NCBI RefSeq assembly: GCF_963921235.1
Contig: NC_086097.1
Span: 254,822,001-254,886,000 of the forward strand
From: Mobula hypostoma
Lineage: Eukaryota
Direction: 5' to 3'
Length of the DNA: 64,000 nucleotides
Shown here: positions 25,648 through 38,164 of the stretch, in pieces
Layout of the letters: each line of letters opens with the position of its first letter
How positions within the stretch are numbered: the stretch's first letter is position 1
Made by a program: the position numbers and the translations under genes
Notes under the pieces: model-generated
Databases searched by the model: none
What the model saw: the letters and a program-made list of their open reading frames with translations, nothing else
Told to the model about the DNA's origin: nothing

Positions 25648-26262
25648 AGCAAGTGTACAGAGGAAGAGACCGACACAAAGACCCAGATGGAACATCGGTG
25701 ACCTCTTCGTTGGAAGACATTTAGCAATCAGTCTAGATTGAGCGATTCCAAACTGCACGAGCAAGGGATGCCAGAATCTGAATTTCGGCAAATGGTTGGA
25801 GTGCACCGTTGAAAGCGAAAGCAGCTGACGGCATTGTTATCGGCCTAATGTCGTTTCCATATATCCGCTGAGGTGCACTTCGGCTCATCTGTGTGGTGAC
25901 ACAAGTCGGGAGAAAAATCTTCATATTTCTGTAAAAGCTTTGAAGTGGGAGCTGTGAAACAGAAGAGGGAGATGTGCATTAAGTGTACAGGAGCATGAAA
26001 TTGGAGCTCCCTGCACAAGTGAGCTCTTGGAACAGCAGGTTTGCAGTGTGCGGATGTCTGCAGTGTGTTGTCCCTCCTATCACCGTCCAGGAGAGAGGCA
26101 AATCGTCCAGTGATGATGGAATTCAGTCACTGAGCTTTTCAGCTGATTTGACATTTGGCTGTACTTTTTCAAAAGTGTCGGAGAATGCGGCAACGAAATA
26201 GACAGGAATGTCAGATCCGAGAATGTTCTCTTTGATAGCAGTGTAGATTTCCAGCAGAATGT

Positions 26263-29011
26263 CGGGGAGGGGACGAACTGGAAACATAAGGATGAAGATA
26301 AAGGGAAAGAGAGAATAAGAAAAGTTAAGAGAGATAGCAGAATCAACAGAGCAGAAAGCTCAAGAAGGGATCGTACAGTATGGCCAAGTGAAATAGGAAC
26401 TGATATAGGAGGTGAGGGGAGTAATGAATTAAAAGTATTGAATATGAATGCACGGAGTATAAGAAATAAAATGGATGAGCTTGAGGCTCGGTTGGAAATT
26501 GGTAAGTATGATGTTGTGGGAATAACAGAGACATGGCTTCAAGTGGACAGGGCCTGGGGAATGAATATTCAAGGGTATACGTCCTATCGAAAGGACAGAC
26601 TGATGGGCAGAGGGGGTGGGGTGGCTCTGTTGGTGAGGAATGATATTCAGTCCCTTGCGAGGGGGGACATAGAATCAGGAGACGTGGAGTCAGTATGGAT
26701 AGAACTGAGAAATTCTAAGGGTAGAAAGACCCTATTGGGAGTTATCTACAGGCTTCCAAACAGTAGTCTGGATGTAGGGTGTAAGTTGAACAAGAGTTAA
26801 AATTGGCATGTAGCAAAGGTAATGCTACAGTTGTTATGGGGGACTTCAACATGCAGGTAGACTGGAGGAATCAGGGTGGTACTGGACCCCAAGAAAGGGA
26901 GTTTGTGGAGTCCCCCCGAGGTAGATTCTTAGAACAGCTTGTACTAGAGCCTACCAGAGAGAAGGCAATTCTTGATTTGGTGTTGTGCATGAACCGGATT
27001 TCATCAGGGACCTCGAGGTAAAGGAGCCATTAGGAGGTAGTGACCATCATATGATAAGTTTTAATCTACAATTTGAGAGGGAGAAGGGAAGCTCGGAAGT
27101 GTCAGTATCACAGTTGAACAAAGGGAACTATGGTGCTATGAGGGAGGAGCTGGCCAAAGTTCAATGGAACAATACCCTAGCAGGGATGACAGTGGAACAG
27201 CAATGGCAAGTGTTTCTGGGAATAATGCGGAAGGTGCAGGATCGGTTCGTTCCAAAGAGGAAGAAAGATCCTAAGGGGAGTAAGGGGAGGCCGTGGCTGA
27301 CAAGGGAAGTAATGGACAGTATAAAAATAAAAGAGAAGTATAACATAGCAAAGACGAGTGGGAAGCCGGAGGATTGGGAAACATTTAAAGAGCAACAGAA
27401 TGTAACTAAAAAGGCAATACGCGGAGAAAAAAATGAGGTACGAAGGTAAACTAGTCAAGAATACAAAGGAGGACAGTAAAAGCTTCTTTAGGTATGTGAA
27501 AAGGGAAAAAAATAGTTACGACCAAAATTGGGCCCTTGAAGACAGAAACTGGTGATTTTATTATGGGGAACAAGGAAATGACAGACGAGTTGAACAGGTA
27601 CTTTGGATCTGTCTTCAGTAGGGAAGACACAAACAATCTCCCAGATATAATAGTGGCCAAAGGACCTAGGGTAATGGATGAACTGAAGGAAATTCGGTAA
27701 CAGGACCGGTCTGAGTCAGCAAGGATTTACGAAGGGGAAATTGTGCTTGACTAATCTCCTGGAATTTTTTGAGGATGTAACTATGAAAATAGACAAGGGA
27801 AAGCCAGTGGATGTAGTGTACCTGGATTTTCAGAAAGCTTTTGATAAAGTCCCACATAGGAGATTAGTGGGCAAAATTAGGGTACATGGTATTGGGGACA
27901 GAGTACTGACATGGATTGAAAATTGGCTGGCTGACAGAAAACAAAGGGTAGCCATTAACGGGTCCCTTTTGGAATGGCAGGCGGTGACCAGTGGGGTACC
28001 ATAGGGTTCAGTGCTGGGACCGCAGCTGTTTACGAAATATATTAATGATTTAGATGAGGGAATTAAAAGTAACATTAGCAAATTTGCCGATGACATGAAG
28101 CTGGGTGGCAGTGTGAAATGTGAGGAAGATGTTATGAGAATGCAGGGTGACTTGGACAGACTGGGTTAGTGGGCAGATGCATAGCAGATGCAGTTTAATG
28201 TGGATAAATGTGAGGTTATCCACTTTGGTAGTAAGAACGGGAAGGCAGATCATTATCTAAATGGAGTCAAGTTGGGAAAAGGGGAAGCACAACGAGATCT
28301 AGGTGTTCTTGTACATCAGTCAATGAAAGCAAGCATGCAAGTACAGCAGGCTGTGAAGAAAGCTAATGGCATGCTGGCCTTCACAACAAGGGGAATTGAG
28401 TATAAGAGCAAAGAGGTCCTTCTGCAGCTGTACAGGGCCCTGGTGAGACCACACCTGGAGTACTGTGTGCAGTTTTGGTCTCCAAATTTGAGGAAGGACA
28501 TTCTTGCTATTGAGGGAGTGCAGCGTAGGTTGACTAGGTTAATTCCCGGGATGGCGGGTCTGTCATATGTCGAAAGATTGGAGCAACTGGGCTTGTATAC
28601 TCGGGAATTTAGAAGGCTGAGAGGGGATCTTATTGAAACATAAGATTATTAAGGGATTGGACACGCTGGAGGCAGGAGACATATTCCCGCTGATGGGTGA
28701 GTGCAGAACCAGAGGCCACAGTTTAAGAATAAGGGGTAGACCATTTAGAACAGAATTGAGGAAAAACTCTTTCACCCAGAGAGTGGAGGATATATGGAAA
28801 GCTCTGCCCCAGAAGGCTGTGGAGGCCAAGTCTCTGGATGCTTTCAAAAAAGAGATGGATAGAGCTCTTAAAGATAGCAGAATCAAAGGTTATGGGAATA
28901 AGGCAGGAACTGGAAACTGATTGTGGATGATCAGCCATGATCACAGTGAATGGCGGTGCTGTCTCGAAGGGCCGAATGGCCTACTCCTGCACCTATTGTC
29001 TATTGTCTATT
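26263..29011 (+). mobile_element. CR1 LINE (APE + RT), internally deleted near 27695, with stops and frameshifts
   Basis: MNARSI, GITETWL, GDFN, SDH and FADD motifs; (CTATTGT)n tail; TSD AATGT at 26258-26262 and 29012-29016. Confidence 0.9.
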
Positions 29012-29578
29012 AATGTTGAGTCGTAAATGGAGTTTTACAATCTGCCAGATGAAATGGATGACCGGCCATCTCCTTGGTTCATGGAGAAGTTCTGCTTCTG
29101 ACACATCAGTTCCCGCCGGAGCGTAATAATACAGGAAAGGTGAATGCGGAAAGGTTGCCGACTGTGGTGTTGTTGGTGATATGTGTGTGATGAGGGGCGA
29201 GATTTCAGCTGAGGTGAATATGCATGTTCACGGAGGCGACGCATTACCCGGTATGTTTCGGTGTCTCTGTGAGGAAGTGATTGTACGCCGAATGTTTGTC
29301 ACTACATTGAAGTGGAGATATCGATTCCAACTGCAATAACAATCGGTTGTAAAAATAGACAGAAGGATAATTCTTTTCATGCAGGAGAATGAATTGTCGT
29401 TTGGGGACATGAGAGGTGACAGTGGCAGAGAGCGACCATATGTGTGTCTGAGTGGTTGGTTGATGATTGAGTGAGTGTGTCTGTGTGTGAGCTGCTGATT
29501 GTGCAACGGTGAGCAGTGGCAGACATGCAATGGTGCTTGTGGCGCTGAGCAAATTACAGGAGGTGGATCGGATGTGCT

Positions 29579-29651
29579 GGGGAATTAGCTCAAATGGTAG
29601 AGCGCTCGCTTAGCATGCGAGAGGTAGCGAGATCGATGCTCGCATTCTCCA
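29579..29651 (+). tRNA. tRNA-Ala(AGC), copy 2
   Basis: GGGGAATTAGCTCAAATGGTAGAGCGCTCGCTTAGCATGCGAGAGGTAGCGAGATCGATGCTCGCATTCTCCA. Confidence 0.95.
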
Positions 29652-29930
29652 TTGACATTTTGTACCGAGAGGCACTCGTCTCATGAAATTGCTGTGAAGT
29701 TTGGATGCACAAAAGATAGGGATGGCGGTGAAGGAGAGAAACGTGTCTCAGTCAAAGGAAAGGGGGACGTGTCGTAGGTCTGCTGCGTTAAAGGTAGATG
29801 CGAGGAAAAGTTAGCTGGCAGTGTTGTTTCGGTAGTGCATGAGCTGCCGGCGACCATTCAGACAAAAATCAGGTAAGTGGTCAAAAGGAAATTGCCCTGG
29901 ACACTGGGCGAAATGGGAAAGCTGAGTAGC

Positions 29931-30030
29931 AACACACATCAAAGTTGCTGGTGAACGCAGCAGGCCAAGCAGCATCTATAGGAAGAGGCGCAGTCGACGT
30001 TTCAGGCCGAGACCCTTCGTCAGGACTAAC
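29931..30030 (-). mobile_element. Penelope-like terminal fragment inserted between tRNA-Ala and tRNA-Tyr
   Basis: Interrupts the spacer GCTGAGTAGC|CTTTGATT seen in other units; homologous to 38590-38690. Confidence 0.8.
29992..30027 (-). ncRNA. Minimal type I hammerhead ribozyme motif (Penelope-associated), core intact
   Basis: Minus strand AGUC-CUGACGA-AGGGUCUCGGCCU-GAAAC-GUC-GACU: stem I AGUC/GACU, CUGANGA, stem II, GAAA, GUC cleavage triplet. Confidence 0.75.
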
Positions 30031-30100
30031 TTCGTCAGCCGTTGATTGTGACAAGGAAAGAAGATCAAAGAGCTGTGTTGGTGTCGTACCTCCAACACAG

Positions 30101-30972
30101 ATGTATTGCGCATGCACCGGTCGTGCTTGCAGCCTGTTGCAGCTGGTCCGACTAGTTTCTTACTGTTTTCTTCTTTCTTTTTTAACTTGTTTTTTTTCAC
30201 GGAACACATTGATGCAGCAACCTCTCTAACATGGTGGTGGAGCGAGTTTTATTTGGGTTTTCATCTCTGGAAATAGTTACATTGTGGCACGTCTCATTAG
30301 CGTGGCAGCAGTATGGTCGCAATGTTTATTCCACGGATCAGTCGACGCGCTGATGCCGGCCGGTTTACCGAACAGAGCGGCGGACACCCCTGCTGAAATC
30401 TGGAGGAAAACAGACAGAGGATGCAGAGGGGGATCAAAAAGGCGAGGAAAGAGGATCGGGTCGAGACAACAGAGATTTATGGAGAAGAGGAGTTCTCTAC
30501 TTGGACTGCACGTGGACATAACCGATCAAAACTTTTTCATGGAGGGTTCCAGACCGTTCGGGCTGACTGGAAGTGTACTGACAGCGGTAAGCGTAAAAGA
30601 GTGGGGGGCTTGCTGTTCTGGTTAACAATGGATGGTGCAAGGCTGGTCATATTACGATCCAGGAACGGGTTTGTAGCCCGGGTATTGAACGTTTTGCTGT
30701 TGGACTCCGGCCATATTCCACCGAGATACAACTGAGGTTGTTCCTGCCCGTGGTCATCGAACATTGCAACTCCTCCCGTGGAGGGCCAGACACCCTCAGC
30801 CAATAGGCTGGTCCTGGACTTATTTCAATCTGGCATAGTTTGCATTTTGTTGTCTGATCGTTTGTAGTTGTTGTATTTCTATATTTTATGCTCTATTCTT
30901 GGTTGGTGCAGCTGTAACGAAACTCAATTTCCCTCGGGATCAATAAAGTATCTCTATGTCTATCTCTATGTC
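30101..30972 (+). mobile_element. Internally deleted Rex1/Babar-like LINE (5' UTR, endonuclease fragment, 3' end)
   Basis: GGFQTVRADWKCTDSGKRK..GG endonuclease remnant; AATTTCCCTCGGGATCAATAAAG followed by a (TCTATG)-type tail; TACC repeated at 30087-30090 and 30973-30976. Confidence 0.65.
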
Positions 30973-31151
30973 TACCCAGAATTGTGATAAGCTCGGTGAT
31001 GTGCGTCATCCGGTCGCCTGTGGCCCATAGTGCTGGAAGGACTAGATATTGCAATTGGCAGGCTGTTGCTCTGGGTGGAGAGACACTAGGATGAAAATCT
31101 GCATAATCATTGTCGGTAGGAGCCAGCGTGGCGAAGCTTGGCGTCGCTTTT

Positions 31152-31237
31152 TCTTCGATAGCTCAGTTGGTAGAGCGGAGGACTGTAGAGGAAATGGAGT
31201 CATCCTTAGGTCGCTGGTTCAAATCCGGCTCGAAGGA
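31152..31237 (+). tRNA. tRNA-Tyr(GTA) with intron, copy 2 (C1T, T-loop TTCAAAT)
   Basis: 86 nt, same exons and 13-nt intron as copy 1. Confidence 0.85.
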
Positions 31238-32892
31238 TCGGGACTTCTTTTACTACACCGATCATCAATTCCGTATTACAGAGCTTCTCGGTGGCACAAG
31301 ACTGCACTCCGAATTGCTCCGACTCGTGACGGGATAGAAGAGGCATCTAATCACATAACAGGCAAGGCCAGCAGATCACTGGGTCACATTTCAGTGCGCT
31401 ATGTCCTCACGCTTGCTGCTCTGACAGTACGACAACTCTCACTCGTCCTAAAGTAACACAAAGATAGAAATATTAGATTAGATTAGATTAGATTAGATGA
31501 TGAGGACACTCAGTCCTCGTCTACTGTAATTTTAAAATGCATGCGTTAAAACATGATACAATGTTCCTCCGGTATGATATCCCAGAAACACAAGACAGAC
31601 TAAGACTAAAAGTGACATAAACCACATAATTCTACTGTATAGTTACAACAGTGCAAAGCAATTTGATAAGAGCAGACCATGGGCACGGAAAAAAAGTCCC
31701 TAACTCCCGATGGCCTTATCATCTCACGCAGACGGTAGAAGTAAGAAGCTCGCCCTGCCATGAGCTTCCAGTGCCGCGAACTTGCCGATGTAGCGTCCTG
31801 GAAGCTCCCGACCACAGTCCGACTCTGAGCCCGTCCGAAAACTTCGAGCCTCCGACCGGCCCTCCGACACCGAGCACCGAGCACCGAGCACCATCTCTGC
31901 CGAGCGCATCGACCCGGGCCCCGGCCGCCAAGCAACAGGCAAAGACAAGGATTCGGGGCATTTCCCTCCGGAGATTTCGGATCACACAGCAGCCGCGGCA
32001 GCGAAGCTGGCATTTCAGAAGTTTCACCAGATGTTCCTCCGTGCTCTCACGTCTGCCTCCATCAAATCAGTATTGTGCACGGCCCCCTACTTGACAGGTA
32101 ACAGATATTCATCACCGGAGAGGCCGGGCGTAGTATATGTACAGCGGAAGAGGCCGACACAAAGGCCCAGATGGAACATCGGTGACCTCTTCGTTGGAAG
32201 ACATTTAGCAATCAGTCTAGGTTGAGCGATTCCAAAGTGCACGAGCAAGGGATGCCAGAATCTGAATTTCGGCGCATCGTTGGAGGGCACCGTTGAAAGC
32301 GAAGGCAGCTGACGACATTGTTATCGGCCTTATGTCTACTCCATATATCCGCTGAGGTGGAATTCGGCTCATCGGTGTGGTGCTGCAAGTCGGGAGAAAA
32401 ATCTTTATATTTCAGCAAGAGCTTTGAAGTGGGAGCTGTGAAACAGAAGAGATAGATGTGCATTAAGTGTACAGGAGTATGAGATTGGTGCGCCCTGCAC
32501 AAGCGAGCTCTTGGAACAGCAGGTTTGCAGTGTGCGTATGTCTGCAGTGTGTTGTCCCTCCCGTCATCGTCCAGGAGAAAGGCAAATCGTCCAGAGATGA
32601 TGAAATTCAGTCATTGAGCTTTTCAGCAGATTTAACATTTGGCTGTAGTTTTCCAAAATTGTCGGAGAATGCGGCAACGAAGTAGACGGGAATGGCAGAT
32701 CCGAGAATGCTTTCTTTGATAGCAGTGTAGATTTCCAGCGGAATGTTGAGTCGTAGATGGAGTTTTACAATCTGGCAGAAGAAATGGATGACGCGGCCAT
32801 CTCCTTGGTTCATGAAGAAGTTCTGCTTCTGACACATGAGCTCCCGCTGGGGCGTAATGATCGAGGAAATGTGAATGCGGAAAGGTTGCTAA

Positions 32893-34341
32893 TGTCATGG
32901 TTCGGATCGGGTCCCTTTAAATTTACTTTGTTTATGTTACGATCCGCACTGTTGAATCCCTGTTTTCCGGTGTTCCTCGGCATTGGTGATTGGAGGCAAC
33001 TACTCTTGACTGAACTGGTAGTTTATAGTCTCCGGGTGTTAGCCGTTCGGTGCGGGAGCATCTGCAAAGTCACGGCGTGCCAATGTCATCTGGCCGGAGC
33101 AAGCCTCGTCTCTGCCGAAGCGAGTGCCGGTAATTCGCCTTTCCTCACCGGAGCAACCCTGTCCAGTTACGTCGCCAAAGCGAGCCTTCAAAGTTTCCTC
33201 ACCGAGCTGGGTCCGTCAGTTAACCCGCCGGAGGGAATCAAGAGCCGCTGTCTACTGTTCCCTGGCCGAGTCGAGAGCTCGCCACTACCCGGAGGCTCCA
33301 AGTCAAGTCCTGGCTCCGGGAGCATTCAAGTAGCAAGTGAAGTCCTCCCTCCGGGAGCATTCAAGTAGCAAGTCAATTCCTGACCCTGGCGGCATTCAGT
33401 ACCAAGTCAAGTCTCGGCCCTGGCGGCATTCAAGTACCAAGCCAAGTCCTGGCCCTGTCGGCTTCCCAGTTCCGAGTCAAGTCCTGTCCCTGACGGTCTG
33501 TGATTCCTGTCCTACCCCTTGTCTGAATCCATTCTCTGCCCCTCTCGCCTCGACCCCTCGTCTGCAGTCCCTGGCTGAACTTCGGTCGAGTTCTATCGCC
33601 GGAGCTAGATAGGTACTGTCTCGTGTTAATTCGGGTTGGTCTTGTCTTGTCTTGTCCTCGCCTCCGTGGGGTAAGTCAGGCCATCTTGCCGTTGCCCCGC
33701 AGGGAGTCATGTCTTGTCTAGTCCTGTACTCGCTTCCGTGGGGTAAGTCAGGCCGTCTCGCCGTTGCCCCGCGGAGAGTCATGATTCCCGGCCCAATGTC
33801 CTGTACCCAAGGAGGGGTACCGACTCTCTGTTCTGTGTGTAAGTCCCGGCCCTATGTCCTGTACCCAAGGAGGGGTACCGACTCTCTGTTCTGTGTGTAA
33901 GTCCCGGCCCTATGTCCTGTACCCAAGGAGGGGTACCGACTCTGTGTTCTGTGTATGTGTCCATGTTTCCATGTACCTGCTCCCCGAGACCGAGGCTCTC
34001 TGTTCCCATGTTTCTCCTCTACCTAGCCCATATCATGTCCTTGCCTGGTTCTGGGGTCCGAGCCCGAGGCAAGACCCAGGTACTGGGTCCTTCCCAGTCT
34101 CTGTTCGGAGGCCATACCCTAGCGTCTTCATGTCTTTTCTCGTTCTGGGAGCCGATTCCGAGTCCTAGCCCAGACCCTTGGTCCCAGCCTACTGGTAGTC
34201 CTCAGTCCTTGTCCAGTTCGCTACTCCTACTCCTGCCTTCTTCTCCTGGTTTCGAACAATAAACTAAATTTAAGTGACCTCACAAGATGTGTCTTGCATT
34301 TGGGTGCACCCTTGCTCCCAATGTTCTCCGGAATTGTGACA
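32893..34341 (+). mobile_element. Solo LTR (Gypsy/BEL-like), 1449 bp
   Basis: TGTCA...TGACA termini; TSD GCTAA at 32888-32892 and 34342-34346; AATAAA near 34257; site is empty in other units. Confidence 0.85.
33786..33960 (+). repeat. Three tandem 58-bp repeats inside the LTR
   Basis: TCCCGGCCC.ATGTCCTGTACCCAAGGAGGGGTACCGACTCT... starting at 33786, 33844 and 33902. Confidence 0.9.
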
Positions 34342-34764
34342 GCTAACTGTGGAGTTCTTGGTTATATGTGTGTGCTGAGGGGCGAGATTTCAGTTGAGGT
34401 GAATATGCATGTTCACGGAAGCGACGCATTACACGGTATGTTTCGGTGTCTCTGTGAGGAAGTGATTGAACGCTGAATGTTCGTCGCTACATTTAAGTGG
34501 AGATATCAATTCCAACTGCAATAGCAATCGGTTAAAAAAATACACAGAAGTATAATTCTTTGCATGCGGGAGAATGAATTGTCGTTTGGGGACATGAAAA
34601 GTGACAGTGGCAGAGAGCGACCGTATGTGTGTCTGAGTGGTTGGTTGATGATTGAGTGAGTGTGTCTGTGTGTGAGCTGCTGATTGTGCAACGGTGAGCA
34701 GTGCCAGGCATGCAATGGTGCTTGTGGCCACAGAGCAAATTACAGGAGGTGAATCGGATGTGCT

Positions 34765-34837
34765 GGGGAATTAGCTCAAATGGTAGAGCGCTCGCTTAGC
34801 ATGCGAGAGGTAGCGAGATCGATGCTTGCATTCTCCA
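34765..34837 (+). tRNA. tRNA-Ala(AGC), copy 3 (C63T, G:U in T stem)
   Basis: 73-nt cloverleaf, downstream TTTT. Confidence 0.93.
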
Positions 34838-35334
34838 TTGACGTTTTGTATTCACAGGCACTCGTCTCATTAAATTGTTCTGAAGTTTGGATGCCCAAAA
34901 GCTGGGGGTGGCGGAGAGGGAGGGGAACGTGTCTCAGTCAAAGGAAAGGGGAAACTTTGTTGCGTTGAAAGCAGATACGAGGAACAGCCAGCTGGCGGCT
35001 GGTGTTTCAGTAATGTATGAGCAGCAGGCGTCCATTCAGACAGAAATGAGTTAAGTGGTCGAAAGGAAATTGCCCTGGACACTGGGCGAAATGAGAAAGC
35101 TGAGTAGCCTTTGATTTTGACAGGCAAAGAAGATCAAAGAGCTGTGTTGGAGTCGCACCGAGAATGGTGATAAGCTCGGTGATGTGCGTGATCCGGTCGC
35201 CTGTGGTCCCTAGTGCTGGAAGGACTAGACATTACAATTGGCAGGCTGTTGCTCTGGGTCGACAGACACTAGGATGAAAATCTGTGTAATCATTGTCGGT
35301 AGCAGCCAACGTGGCGAAGCTTGGTGTCGCTTTT

Positions 35335-35420
35335 CCTTCGATAGCTCAGTTGGTAGAGCGGAGGACTGTAGAGGAAACGGAGTCATCCTTAGGTCGCTGG
35401 TTCGAATCCGGCTCGAAGGA
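35335..35420 (+). tRNA. tRNA-Tyr(GTA) with intron, copy 3
   Basis: Canonical exons; intron AGGAAACGGAGTC. Confidence 0.95.
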
Positions 35421-37487
35421 TCGGGACTTCTTTTACTACGCGTATCATCAATTCCATACTACAGAGCTTCTCGGTGGCACAAGACTGTAGTCCGAATTGC
35501 TCCGACTCGTGACGGGATAGAATACAGAGGCATCTTATCACATAACAGGCAAGGCCCGCAGAACACTGGGTCACATTGCAGAGCGCTATGTCCTCACGCT
35601 TGCTGCTCTGACAGTACGACAACCGTCACTCGTCCTAAAGTAACACAAAGATAGAAATATCAGATTGGATATGATTAGATGAGGAGGACACTCAGTCCTC
35701 GTTTACTGTAATTTTAAAATGCATGCGTTAAAAAATGATACCATGTTCCTCCGGTATGATATCACAGAAACACAAGACAGACCAAGACTAAAACTGACAA
35801 AAGACACAGTTCTACCGTTTAGTTGCAGCGGAGCAAAACAATACTGTAATTTGATAAGAGCAGACCATGGGCACGGAAAAAAAATGTTTCAAAGCCCCGA
35901 TGGCCTCGTTATCTCACGAAGACTGTAGAAAGAAGATTCTCCCCCTGCCATGAGCTTCTAGCGCCGCGAACTTGCCGATGCAGCGTCCTGGAAGCAGCCG
36001 ACCACAGTCCGAATCGAATCCGTCCGAAATCTCCGAGCCTCCGACCACCCCTCCGACACCGAGCACCGAGTACCATCTCTGCCAAGCACTTCGACCCAGG
36101 CCCCGGCCGCCAAGCAACAGGCAAAGCGGAGGATTCGGGGCATTCCCCTCCAGAGATTTCGGATCACACAGTAGCAGTGGCAGCGAAGAAGGCATTTCAG
36201 AAGTTTCACCAGATGTTCCTCCGTGTTCACATGTCTGCCTCCATCAAATCAGAATTGTGCACGGCCTCCTACTTGACAGATAACAGATATGCATCACGGG
36301 AGAGACCGCGCGTAACAAGTGTACAGTGGAAGAGACCGACACAAAGACCCAGATGGCACATCGGTGACCTCTTCGTTGGAAGACATTTAGGAATCAGTCT
36401 AGGTTGAGCGATTCCAAACTGCACGAGCAAGGGATGCCAGAATCTGAATTCCGGCGCATCGTTGGAGGGCACCGTTGAAAGCGAAGGCAGCTGACGGCAT
36501 TGTTATCGGCCTAATGTCGTTTCCATATATCCGCTGAGGTGCACTTCGGCTCATCTGTGTGGTGCAACAAGTCGGCAGAAAAATCTCCGTATTTCTGTAA
36601 GAGCTTTGAAGTGGGAGCTGTGAAACAGAAGAGGCAGATGTGCATTAAGTGTACAGGAGCATGAAACTGGAGCGCCCTGCACAAGCGAGCTCTTGGAACA
36701 GCAGGTTTGCAGTGTGCGTATGTCTGCACTGTGTTGTCCCTCCTATCATCGACCCGGAGAGAAGCAAATCGTCCCGTGATGATGGAATTCAGTCATTGAG
36801 CTTTTCAGCTGACTGCTTATTTGGTTGTACTTTTCCTAAAGTGTCGGAGAATGAGGCAACGAAATAGACAGGAATGGCAGATTCGAGAATGCTGTCTTTG
36901 ATAGTAGTGCAGATTTCCAGCAGAATGTTTAGTCGTAGATGAAGGTTTACAATCTGCCAGATGAAATGGATTTCGCGGCCATCTCCTTGGTTCATGAAGA
37001 ACATCTGCTTCTGACACTTTAGGTCGCGCCGGGGCGTAATAATCCAGGAAAGAAGGCGGCGGAAAGGTTGCTAACTGTGGTGTTATTGGTGCTATGTGGG
37101 TGTTGAGGGGCCAGATTTCAGCTGAGGTGAATCTCAATGTTCACGGATGCGACGCATTACACGCTATGTTTCGGTGTCTCTGTGAGGGAGTGATTGTACG
37201 CCGAATATTTGTCGGTACATTGAAGTGGAGATATCGATTCCAACTGCCGTCGCAGTCGGTTGTAAAAATAGAAGGATAATTCTTTGCATGCGGGAGAATG
37301 AATTGTCGTTTGGGGACATGAAAGGTGACAGTGGCCGAGAGCGACCGTATGTGTGTCTAAGTGGTTGGTTGATGATTGAGTGAGTGTGTCTGTGTGTGAT
37401 CTGCTGATTGTGCAACGGTGAGCAGTGCCAGGCATGCAATGGTGCTTGTGGCGCTGAGCAAATTACAGGAGGTGGATCGAATGTGCT

Positions 37488-37560
37488 GGGGAATTAGCTC
37501 AAATGGTAGAGCGCTCGCTTAGCATGCGAGAGGTAGCGAGATCGATGCTCGCATTCTCCA
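37488..37560 (+). tRNA. tRNA-Ala(AGC), copy 4
   Basis: Identical to copy 2; T-run terminator downstream. Confidence 0.95.
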
Positions 37561-38078
37561 TTGACTTTTTTTATTCAGAGGCACTCGTCTCATCAAATTG
37601 CTGTGAAGATTGGAATGTACAAAAGATAGGTGTGGCGGAGAGGGTGAGGAACGTGCGGAGAGGGAGAGGAACGTGTCTCAGTCAAAGGAAAGGGGGAAAT
37701 CTGCTGCCTTGAAAGCAGATACTAGGAACAGCCAGCTGCCAGCTGGTGTTTCAGTAATGTATGAGCAGCAGACGTCCATTCAGACAGAAATCAGTTAAGT
37801 GGTCAAAAAGAAATTGCCCTGGACACTGGGCGAAATGGGAAAGCTGAGTAGCCTTTGATTTTGACAAGCAAAGAAGATCAAAGCGCTCTGTTGGAGTCAC
37901 AGCGAGAATGGTGATAAGCTCGGTGATGTGCGTGATCCAGTCGGCTGTGGCCCCTAGTGCTGGAAGGAATGGATATTACAATTGGCAGGCTGTTGCTCTG
38001 GGTCGAGAGACACTAGGATGAAAATCTGCATAATTATTGTCGGTAGCAGCCAACGTGGTGAAACTTGGTGTCACTTTT

Positions 38079-38164
38079 CCTTCGATAGCTCAGTTGGTAG
38101 AGCGGAGGACTGTAGAGGAAATGGAGTCATCCCTAGGTCGCTGGTTCAAATCCGGCTCGAAGGA
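38079..38164 (+). tRNA. tRNA-Tyr(GTA) with intron, copy 4 (A28:C42 mismatch, T-loop TTCAAAT)
   Basis: 86 nt; ATCCCTAGG instead of ATCCTTAGG. Confidence 0.85.

Noticed and set aside
31651..31670. 8-bp deletion in unit 2 at the site where Penelope sits in units 4 and 6, as an excision footprint
   Set aside because: Retroelements do not excise; slippage between the two AAT motifs in GCAATACCGTAATTTG explains it
33786..33960. Regularly spaced repeats resembling a CRISPR array
   Set aside because: Head-to-tail 58-bp repeats with no unique spacers, inside an LTR in eukaryotic DNA, with no cas genes
36320..37480. Other Pol III or snRNA genes (5S, U6, further tRNAs) in the unit spacer
   Set aside because: I found no recognisable sequence or A/B box pair on either strand by eye; an Infernal scan would be needed to exclude them
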